DNA of 64,000 bases, from NCBI RefSeq assembly GCF_039541115.1, contig NZ_BAABFP010000008.1, forward strand, positions 372,001 through 436,000, read 5' to 3'. The position numbers and the translations under genes were made by a program. Positions within the stretch are counted from its first letter, which is position 1. Each line of letters begins with the position of its first letter. The notes beneath the pieces are model-generated. The model searched no databases. It had not been told where the DNA came from and was given only the letters and a program-made list of their open reading frames with translations. Positions 57,225 through 64,000 of this stretch are shown in pieces. The stretch is from Angustibacter luteus. Its GTDB lineage: Bacteria > Actinomycetota > Actinomycetes > Actinomycetales > Angustibacteraceae.

Positions 57225-58481
57225 ATGGACACCACGCAGGCCCCGCACAGCGGTCGTCAGGACCGCGGCACCGCATTCGGTCCGGCACCGCGCGCCGCCC
57301 ACCGGTGCCGCAGCACCCGCCGCTCGTCCCGCACCGCTGCGGGCATCGCGCTCGCGCTGGGTCTGGTCGCGACCGGTGGCGTCGCGCACGCCGCCGGCGT
57401 CGGCACGGCGACCGCACCGCGCAGCCAGACCGTCACGACGGCTGACTGGTCCTGGGGCGACCAGGGCTACGGCGACCAGGGCTACGGCGACCAGGGCTAC
57501 GGCGACCAGGGCTACGGCAGCTACGGCGACCTGTGGAACGGCTCCGGGACGACGCAGCAGCAGGACACGACCGGCGGCACGGACACCACCGACGCCTCGG
57601 ACGCGGCGTCCGTGGGCCTGGTCGAGATCACCTCGACGCTGACCAACGGGACCGCGGCCGGCACCGGGATCGTGCTGTCCTCCGACGGCACCATCGTCAC
57701 GAACCACCACGTCGTCGCGGGCGCGACGGCCATCAAGGTCACCGTCGTCTCGACGGGCCAGACCTACACCGCCCACTACGTGGGCGCCGACCCGGTGAAG
57801 GACGTCGCCGTGCTGAAGCTCGTGGGGGCGCAGGGCCTGCAGACCGCCAGCCTGGACTCGTCCGGCGTCCAGTCGGGTGACGACGTCACCGCGGTCGGCG
57901 ACGCCAACGGTGACGGCGGGTCGCTGACCGCCGCCGCCGGCACCGTCACCGCGCTCGACCAGTCCATCACCGTGTCGGACGAGGACGGCACGCCGCACCA
58001 GCTGACCGGCCTGATCGAGGTGAACGCCGACGTGATCCCGGGTGACTCCGGCGGTGCGCTGCTCGGCTCCGACGGCAAGGTCGTCGGCATGAACGTCGCC
58101 GCCTCCAGCGGCACGTCCGACATCCGCGGCTACGTGATCCCGCTGAGCACCGTGCTGACCGCGGTCCAGGCCATCACGTCGGGTGACGACACCGGCTCGG
58201 TCGAGCTCGGCTACCCGGCGTACCTGGGCATCGGGCTCGGCACGGACGACTCGTCCGCGACCGTGGCCGGCGTCCTGGACGGCACTCCCGCCGCCGGGGC
58301 CGGCCTGCAGGCCGGCGACGTCATCACCGCCATCGACGGGACGTCGGTCGGATCGTCCGCCGAGCTGCGCAGCGCGCTCGCCACCCACCAGCCGGGCGAC
58401 CAGGTGCGGGTCACCTGGACGACGTCCGACGGCCAGCAGCAGTCCGCCACGGTCACGCTCGGCGAGGGTCCGATCGCCTGA
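57225..58481 (+). CDS. Secreted trypsin-like serine protease with PDZ domain (HtrA-like)
   Basis: GTGIVL, TNHHVV, DVAVL, PGDSGG triad motifs; C-terminal PDZ (PAAGAGLQAGDVITAIDG). Confidence 0.92.
   Translation: MDTTQAPHSGRQDRGTAFGPAPRAAHRCRSTRRSSRTAAGIALALGLVATGGVAHAAGVGTATAPRSQTVTTADWSWGDQGYGDQGYGDQGYGDQGYGSYGDLWNGSGTTQQQDTTGGTDTTDASDAASVGLVEITSTLTNGTAAGTGIVLSSDGTIVTNHHVVAGATAIKVTVVSTGQTYTAHYVGADPVKDVAVLKLVGAQGLQTASLDSSGVQSGDDVTAVGDANGDGGSLTAAAGTVTALDQSITVSDEDGTPHQLTGLIEVNADVIPGDSGGALLGSDGKVVGMNVAASSGTSDIRGYVIPLSTVLTAVQAITSGDDTGSVELGYPAYLGIGLGTDDSSATVAGVLDGTPAAGAGLQAGDVITAIDGTSVGSSAELRSALATHQPGDQVRVTWTTSDGQQQSATVTLGEGPIA
57456..57515 (+). repeat. 15-bp tandem repeat x4 encoding (GDQGY)4
   Basis: GGCGACCAGGGCTAC x4, exact. 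Confidence 0.95.
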
Positions 58482-58483
58482 CC

Positions 58484-58534
58484 CGGCGCCCGGTCCGCTG
58501 TCGTCTTCAAGATCGACGGGCGGATCGGCCGCCG
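58484..58534 (+). terminator. Long imperfect hairpin after the protease gene (likely terminator without U-tail)
   Basis: CGGCG..CCGGTCCGC..GTCG.TCT / AGA.CGAC..GCGGATCGG.CGCCG. Confidence 0.45.
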
Positions 58535-58571
58535 AGGGCACACGCTCAGGTGCAACCAACGGAGGCACCTG

Positions 58572-59753
58572 ATGAAGGCCGTGACCTGGCAGGGCAAGCG
58601 CTCGGTGAGCGTCGAGGAGGTTCCGGATCCGCAGATCCAGGAGCCGACGGACGCGATCGTCAAGATCACCAGCACCAACATCTGCGGATCCGACCTGCAC
58701 CTCTACGAGACCCTGACGCCGTTCATGGACGCCGGGGACGTCCTGGGCCACGAGCCGATGGGGATCGTCGAGGAGGTCGGGTCCGACGTCGGTGACCTGA
58801 AGGTGGGCGACCGGGTCGTGATGCCGTTCCAGATCTCCTGCGGGCACTGCTTCATGTGCGACCAGTCGCTGTACACCCAGTGCGAGACCACGCAGGTGCG
58901 CGAGCAGGGTATGGGCGCGGCGCTGTTCGGCTTCTCGAAGCTGTACGGCCAGGTGCCCGGCGGCCAGGCCGAGTACCTGCGGGTCCCGCAGGCGCAGTTC
59001 ACCCACATCAAGGTGCCGGAGGGGCCGCCGGACGAGCGGTTCGTCTACCTGTCCGACGTCCTGCCGACCGCCTGGCAGTCCGTCCAGTACGCGGACGTCC
59101 CCAAGGGCGGCTCGGTGACCGTGCTGGGCCTCGGCCCGATCGGTGACATGGCCGCGCGCATCGCCCAGTACCAGGGCCTGCGCGTCATCGCGGTCGACCT
59201 CGTCCCCGAGCGGCTGGAGCGGGCCCGGGCCCGCGGCCTCGAGGTGATCGACCTGCGCGAGCACGAGGACGACCTCGGGGACGTCGTCCGCGACCTGACC
59301 GACGGTCGCGGCACCGACTCGGTGATCGACGCGGTGGGCATGGAGGCACACGGCTCCCCCGCGGCGCGGGCGGTGCTGCAGGTCGCCGCGCTCCTGCCGG
59401 ACGCGATCGCGGCGCCCGTCGCCAAGACCGCCGGGGTCGACCAGCTCGCTGCGGTGACCTCGGCGATCGACATCGTCCGGCGCGGCGGCACCGTCTCGCT
59501 CATCGGCGTGTACGCCGGCGCGGCCGACCCGATGGACCTGGCCACCATGTTCGACAAGCAGATCCAGCTGCGCATGGGGCAGGCGAACGTCAAGCGCTGG
59601 GTGCCGGACATCATGCCGCTGCTCACCGACGACGACCCGCTGGACGTCGAGTCCTTTGCGACGCACCGGCTCCCGCTGTCCGAGGCACCTCGGGCCTACG
59701 AGATCTTCCAGAAGAAGGAGGACGGCGCGATCAAGGTCGTCCTCCGGCCGTGA
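58572..59753 (+). CDS. Zinc-dependent alcohol/formaldehyde dehydrogenase (MDR)
   Basis: ICGSDLH, GHEPMG, CGHCFMC...QC structural Zn site, LSDVLPTAWQ, GLGPIG. Confidence 0.92.
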   Translation: MKAVTWQGKRSVSVEEVPDPQIQEPTDAIVKITSTNICGSDLHLYETLTPFMDAGDVLGHEPMGIVEEVGSDVGDLKVGDRVVMPFQISCGHCFMCDQSLYTQCETTQVREQGMGAALFGFSKLYGQVPGGQAEYLRVPQAQFTHIKVPEGPPDERFVYLSDVLPTAWQSVQYADVPKGGSVTVLGLGPIGDMAARIAQYQGLRVIAVDLVPERLERARARGLEVIDLREHEDDLGDVVRDLTDGRGTDSVIDAVGMEAHGSPAARAVLQVAALLPDAIAAPVAKTAGVDQLAAVTSAIDIVRRGGTVSLIGVYAGAADPMDLATMFDKQIQLRMGQANVKRWVPDIMPLLTDDDPLDVESFATHRLPLSEAPRAYEIFQKKEDGAIKVVLRP

Positions 59754-59762
59754 GGAGCTGAG

Positions 59763-60206
59763 ATGGCACAGGTCGAGAGGTGGGTGGACGCCACCCCCGC
59801 GCGGGTCTTCGAGGTGCTGAGCGATGGCTGGCTGTACCCGCTGTGGGTCGTGGGCACGACCCACATGCGGGCGGTCGAGCCGACCTGGCCGAAGGTCGGG
59901 TCGCGCCTGCACCATGCGGTCGGTGCCTGGCCGGCGATGCTGCGGGACGAGTCGGAGGTCCTCGCCTGCGAGCCTGGTCGGCACCTCGTGCTCGAGGCGC
60001 GCGGGCGTCCCTTCGGCACCGCGCGGGTCGACCTGCGACTCACTCCCGAGCGCAGCGGCACCCGCATCGTCCTCGCGGAGGAGCCCAGCAGCGGCCCGGG
60101 CAAGTGGGCGCACAACCCGCTGCTGGAGTGGGTGCTGACCCAACGGCTGACCGAGTCCATCGGCCGGCTGGCCGCGCTCGTGGAGCGTCCGGGCTCACCC
60201 GGCTAG
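59763..60206 (+). CDS. SRPBCC family protein
   Basis: ATPARVFEVLSDGWLYPLWVVG...WPKVGSRLHH. Confidence 0.88.
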   Translation: MAQVERWVDATPARVFEVLSDGWLYPLWVVGTTHMRAVEPTWPKVGSRLHHAVGAWPAMLRDESEVLACEPGRHLVLEARGRPFGTARVDLRLTPERSGTRIVLAEEPSSGPGKWAHNPLLEWVLTQRLTESIGRLAALVERPGSPG

Positions 60207-61004
60207 GAACGCCAGACTGGTCGCGGCGAACAGTGGCGAGGCGAACAGGTCGTAGTGCGTCAGACCGGGCAGGATCGCCAGCGCGTGGCCGCCGTCCGGT
60301 CGACCCGAACCGTCCCAGCCGCCGTCGCGCTGGCCGCCCCCGAGCAGGGCGAACACCTCGACGTAGTGGCTGGGCGGCGCCATGTCGGCGTCGGCGGCCA
60401 GGACCAGAGTCGGCACCTGCAGGCCGCGCACGCCGTCGGAGAAGTCGAAGTCCAGGGCCATGGACGCGCCGATCTTGTCGAGCAGCCGCGCAAAGTCCTC
60501 CGGGTGCGGCGCCACCCGCTGGTACAGCTCGTACATCGGGGTCTGCTTCATGAACTCGACCGCGTCGGCACCGACCTGGGCCTGCTGCGCCAGCATCTGC
60601 GGGTAGAGGGCGTCCCGGCGGATGTGGGCGCACGCCGCGACGAGGCGACGAACCGTGGCCGGGTGCCGGATCGCCGCCTGCAGGCCTACCCCACCGCCGA
60701 GCGAGTAGCCGACGACGTCCACCGGACCGAGGTCGAGGTGGTCGACCAGCGCGGCGACGTCGTCGGCCATCAGCCGGACGTCGAGCGGCCGGTCGACATC
60801 CGCCGTCCGGCCGTGCCCCTGCAGGTCCGGAAGGATCACCTGGTGGTGCTCGGTCAGCGCCGGCAGGACCGGTCCGAACATCTCCCCCGAGCCCAGACCG
60901 CCGTGCAGCAGCACCAACGGGCCACCCGTGCCGTGCACCTCGTAGTACAGGTGCACGCCGTTCACGTCCGCGTACTGGCCGCCACGTGTCTCGTCGTTCG
61001 TCAT
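60195..61004 (-). CDS. Alpha/beta hydrolase
   Basis: LYYEVHGTGGPLVLLHGG, DLQGHGRT, GYSLGG, PGLTH. Confidence 0.92.
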   Translation of the reverse strand: MTNDETRGGQYADVNGVHLYYEVHGTGGPLVLLHGGLGSGEMFGPVLPALTEHHQVILPDLQGHGRTADVDRPLDVRLMADDVAALVDHLDLGPVDVVGYSLGGGVGLQAAIRHPATVRRLVAACAHIRRDALYPQMLAQQAQVGADAVEFMKQTPMYELYQRVAPHPEDFARLLDKIGASMALDFDFSDGVRGLQVPTLVLAADADMAPPSHYVEVFALLGGGQRDGGWDGSGRPDGGHALAILPGLTHYDLFASPLFAATSLAFLAG

Positions 61005-61270
61005 CGCGGGTCCACGCGGCGCATCTTCGCAGCCAGGCGTTCCCACTCGGCGGCCTGGGCCTGCTGCGAGGTGTCCGTGAACTCCAGGACGTCGAGGATG
61101 ACGTCGGTCCGGTGCGCCAACCAGGGCTGCTGGTCGCCCGGCTGCGTGGGCCGCGCATCGACCCAGCCGCACAGGCATCCGCTGGTCAGGGGGTCGAAGC
61201 CGTGTCCGGACAGGGTCAGGTCGAGCCACTCGCGCAGCGCCTTGTCTCCCAGCGGCTTCGGGGCAACCAT
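61001..61270 (-). CDS. 89-aa hypothetical protein with H-x8-CxCGW...H motif
   Basis: AGGAGG SD; ATGA overlap with the hydrolase start. Confidence 0.6.
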   Translation of the reverse strand: MVAPKPLGDKALREWLDLTLSGHGFDPLTSGCLCGWVDARPTQPGDQQPWLAHRTDVILDVLEFTDTSQQAQAAEWERLAAKMRRVDPR

Positions 61271-61308
61271 CCGTGTGACCAGCCTCCTGAAGGACCCCTT
61301 CGTAAATC

Positions 61309-61965
61309 CTAGCCCCGGTCGAGGCAGGTGCAGACGCACACCCGGTTGCCCTCGGGATCGGCCAGGACGACGAACGACGGGCGCTCCGTGTCGTCCACCA
61401 CGGCGCCACCGGCGGCGACGGCGGCCGCGATGCGCTCCTCGGCGACGTCGTGCGGCACCCACAGGTCGAGGTGGAACCGCTGGCGCGGCGTCTCGTGGGC
61501 ATCGGTGCGCTGGAACCACAGCAGCGGCACCTGCCCGGTCGGGTCGATGACGTCACCCTCGTCCGGGTCGACGTTGTCGGCGCTGCCGGTCAGCAGGGCC
61601 GACCAGAACCGGCTCTGGGGTCGGATGTCCGCGGAGTCCAGCGCGAGCTCGACCAGGGCCGGGCCGGCCGGATCGGCGGCGATCCCTTGTGCCGCAGCGA
61701 TCTCGCTGATCCGGCGGGCGAGGTCGACGTCCCGCTGGGTGAGCCGGCCGACGTCGTGGCTCAGCAGCGCCAGGTCGACCGCCGGGTAGGTCAGCGTGAC
61801 GTCCGGGTGGTGGTTCGCCGCCTCGGCCGCCTCGGTGACGGCCGTCACGAACCGCAGGCCCGTGACGAAGTCACCGGTGAGGTAGCGGGCGTGCAGGGCT
61901 CGGGCCAGCTTGCGCCAGTCGTCCAGCCCGGCGTCCAGGATCTGCGCGAGGGTGAGCTGCTCCAT
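61309..61965 (-). CDS. Pterin-4a-carbinolamine dehydratase - VOC fusion
   Basis: AEAANHHPDV...SHDVG..T.RDV.LARRI, then LWFQ..., RFHLDL, LADPEGNRVC. Confidence 0.9.
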   Translation of the reverse strand: MEQLTLAQILDAGLDDWRKLARALHARYLTGDFVTGLRFVTAVTEAAEAANHHPDVTLTYPAVDLALLSHDVGRLTQRDVDLARRISEIAAAQGIAADPAGPALVELALDSADIRPQSRFWSALLTGSADNVDPDEGDVIDPTGQVPLLWFQRTDAHETPRQRFHLDLWVPHDVAEERIAAAVAAGGAVVDDTERPSFVVLADPEGNRVCVCTCLDRG

Positions 61966-61997
61966 CCCGCCAGTATCGCCGGGTCACGACCGGGCGA

Positions 61998-62630
61998 CTA
62001 CCGCGCGGCGAGGGCCTTGCCGGCGTCGACGGCCGCTTCGTGCGCGGACTTCTTCATCAGCTCGGCGAGCTCGGCGAACTCGTCGAGGGCCGGGTTGACG
62101 CCGACCAGGGTGAACTCGCGCTCGATGACGGTGAGGTCGGCCCCCCAGATGTCGGCCAGGATGCGGCGGAGGTAGTCGGTGTTGTGGTCCCAGCCCTCGC
62201 GCGGGGTGCCGGCGCCGTACGCGCCGCCGCGGGTGGTGAGCAGGACGACGGGCTTGCCGTCCAGCAGCCGCTCGCCCTGCTCGCCGCCGGCGATGGCCAG
62301 GTCGAACCAGACCTTGGCGTGCTGGGAGACACCGAAGTTGTAGAGCGGCAGCGCGAGGACGGCGGAGTCGGCGTCCCGCAGCTCGTTCGCGAGGGTCGCC
62401 GCGAGCGCCAGCGCGTCGATCTGGGCCTGGCTGCGGTCCTCGGCCGGCGTCCACTTGCCGGCGATGGCGTCGGCCCAGGCGTGGGCGGGCAGCGGGTCGG
62501 CGGCGAGGTGGCGCTGGACGACGGGAACGTCCGGTCGTGCGGTCGTGAGCTCGGCCAGGACGAGGTCAGCCAGCTCGCTGCTGGCCGAGCGCGGTCCCTG
62601 GATGCTGGCGTCGACGCGAAGCACGGTCAC
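61998..62630 (-). CDS. FMN-dependent NADH-azoreductase (AzoR/AcpD-like)
   Basis: VLRVDASI, PLYNFGV, WFD, TRGGAY; AAGGAG SD. Confidence 0.88.
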   Translation of the reverse strand: MTVLRVDASIQGPRSASSELADLVLAELTTARPDVPVVQRHLAADPLPAHAWADAIAGKWTPAEDRSQAQIDALALAATLANELRDADSAVLALPLYNFGVSQHAKVWFDLAIAGGEQGERLLDGKPVVLLTTRGGAYGAGTPREGWDHNTDYLRRILADIWGADLTVIEREFTLVGVNPALDEFAELAELMKKSAHEAAVDAGKALAAR

Positions 62631-62649
62631 GGGGTTCTCCTTTGGTGGG

Positions 62650-62693
62650 GTTGAATGTTCAACACCGTACGCCGACAATGGTTGAACATTCAA
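62650..62693. promoter_or_regulatory. Two TTGAA-N2-TTCAA palindromes, probable MarR operators
   Basis: GTTGAAtgTTCAAC (62650-62663) and TTGAAcaTTCAA (62682-62693) between the divergent azoreductase and MarR genes. Confidence 0.75.
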
Positions 62694-62713
62694 GTCGGCC
62701 CTACGCTGAGCAC

Positions 62714-63208
62714 ATGACGGCCCGATCTCAGGACGACGACGTCCCCTGGCTGAGCCCCGACCAGCAGCGGGACTGGCGGTCCCTGATCGCCCTGCTCGCG
62801 ACCCTGCCCACGGCCCTCGACACCCAGCTCAAGTGCCAGGCCGGCCTGAACGCGTTCGAGTACCACGTGCTGGCGGCCCTGTCCGGCTCCCCGGACCGCA
62901 CCCTGCCGATGTCCCGCTTGGCCTCCCTCTCCCAGGGCTCGCTGTCCCGGCTGTCGCACGCGGTGACCCGCCTCGAGCACGCCGGGTGGGTACGGCGCAG
63001 CAGCTGCTCGACCGCTGGTCGTCGGGTCGACGCCCGGTTGACCGACGCGGGCTGGGTCAAGCTCCAGGAGTCCGCGCCCGGGCACGTGCGGGAGGCACGC
63101 CGGCTGGTCGTGGACGCCCTGACGCCTGAGCAGCTCGCGGCGCTCGGTGAGGCGGCGCGGGTGATCGTGTCGGTCGCCAACCCCACCGTCGCCGGGCAGC
63201 TCGCCTGA
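62714..63208 (+). CDS. MarR family regulator
   Basis: EYHVLAALS...MSRLA...SLSRLSHAVTRLE..GWVRR...LTDAG; TACGCT 6 nt before the ATG. Confidence 0.92.
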   Translation: MTARSQDDDVPWLSPDQQRDWRSLIALLATLPTALDTQLKCQAGLNAFEYHVLAALSGSPDRTLPMSRLASLSQGSLSRLSHAVTRLEHAGWVRRSSCSTAGRRVDARLTDAGWVKLQESAPGHVREARRLVVDALTPEQLAALGEAARVIVSVANPTVAGQLA

Positions 63209-63225
63209 CCGTTCCACCTCGACAC

Positions 63226-63281
63226 CGTGGCAACCCGGCATCGTGGCAACCCGGCATCGCCGGGGCTGCGAGGTTGCCACG
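63226..63281. repeat. REP-like element: CGTGGCAACCCGGCAT x2 plus inverted GGTTGCCACG
   Basis: Direct copies at 63226-63241 and 63242-63257; inverted 10-mer at 63272-63281. Confidence 0.75.
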
Positions 63282-63324
63282 TTGCTGGCACCCGCCGGCG
63301 AGCGGCTGCACCTAGCCTGACGGC

Positions 63325-63672
63325 ATGACGTCGGACCTGACGGAGGTCGAGGATCGGCTCCGGACACTGCTGGACCGCTACCGCCCTGAGCTCGTGGACG
63401 GCAGCATCTACGGCGTTCCTGCGCTGGTCTGGCCCGGCGCGACCGGGCACGACTACTTCGTCGCCTCGAAGCGCGGCAAGACGTTCGTCAGCCTCTACCT
63501 GATCATCGCCGACCGGTATCCCGAGGACGTCGCCGCCGCCTCGTCCGAGCTGCAGGCCCGGCGCAGTGGACGGGCCACCTTCTCGTTCCCCTCCCTCGAC
63601 GACGCGCTCGCCGCCGACCTGGCCGACCTCCTCGACCGGCTGCTCGTCCGCTATCGCGCGGAGCACGCCTGA
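63325..63672 (+). CDS. Hypothetical protein (DUF1801/YdhG-like fold possible)
   Basis: YFVASKRGKTFVSLYL...L.ARRSGRATFSF; TAGCCT 6 nt before the ATG. Confidence 0.7.
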   Translation: MTSDLTEVEDRLRTLLDRYRPELVDGSIYGVPALVWPGATGHDYFVASKRGKTFVSLYLIIADRYPEDVAAASSELQARRSGRATFSFPSLDDALAADLADLLDRLLVRYRAEHA

Positions 63673-63710
63673 GGTGTCGCCGACGAGTGCCGTGCGGGCA
63701 TGATGGCGAC

Positions 63711-64000
63711 ATGGAACGTGTCCTCGGAGTCGGTGGCTACTTCCTGCGGGCCGCGGACCCGGCGGCCCTGGGCGCCTGGTACCGCGACTGCCTCGGCCTG
63801 GACGCCGACGCGAACGGCCTGTGGCAGCCGGAGTCCGGGCCGACGGTGTTCGCGACCTTCGAGTCCGGCACCGACTACTTCGGCTCTCGCGCCCAGCAGA
63901 CCATGCTCAACTTCCGGGTCCGCGACCTGGACGCGATGCTCGCGCAGCTGCGGTCCCGGGGCGCGGACGTCGCGGAGCAGACGCAGGACATGGACGGCGT
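63711..64000 (+). CDS. VOC family protein (runs off the window end)
   Basis: MERVLGVGGYFLRAADPAALGAWYRDCLGL...MLNFRVRDLDAMLAQLR. Confidence 0.88.
   Translation, partial: MERVLGVGGYFLRAADPAALGAWYRDCLGLDADANGLWQPESGPTVFATFESGTDYFGSRAQQTMLNFRVRDLDAMLAQLRSRGADVAEQTQDMDG

Noticed and set aside
57456..57515. CRISPR-like array
   Set aside because: Contiguous in-frame coding repeat with no spacers and no cas genes

Overview
High-GC actinobacterial chromosome segment, Nocardioides-like by gene content; the taxon is inferred. No tRNA, rRNA, CRISPR array, integrase or transposase was seen. The window is mostly a patchwork of small accessory genes: VOC/glyoxalase, GNAT, DinB-superfamily, MDR oxidoreductases, and TetR/MarR regulators with visible operator palindromes. 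Many of these genes have leaderless-type promoters. Larger loci: (i) a secreted YVTN-propeller/Ig-like protein cut by the window start; (ii) an HD-domain CCA-adding enzyme that may be an extra copy; (iii) a DinB2-type Pol IV with a Leu steric gate; (iv) an ECF42-type sigma/YciI pair with its consensus promoter; (v) a ~1100-aa pore-forming-toxin-like protein with a C-terminal peptidoglycan-binding domain, directly followed by a membrane pentapeptide-repeat protein; (vi) a RelZ-like DUF429-RelA/SpoT fusion; (vii) a FdhF/YdeP molybdoenzyme; (viii) a 3739-aa LPXTG adhesin with 29 Ig-like repeats; (ix) a Bxl-like xylo-oligosaccharide ABC/GH3/LacI locus; (x) three secreted cell-wall hydrolases, two sharing a duplicated I36/crystallin-like N-domain, followed by an HTH-TM-NBR1-Ig transmembrane regulator. 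Loci (v) and (x) are the best candidates for undescribed systems. All family assignments come from motif recognition by eye, not database searches.
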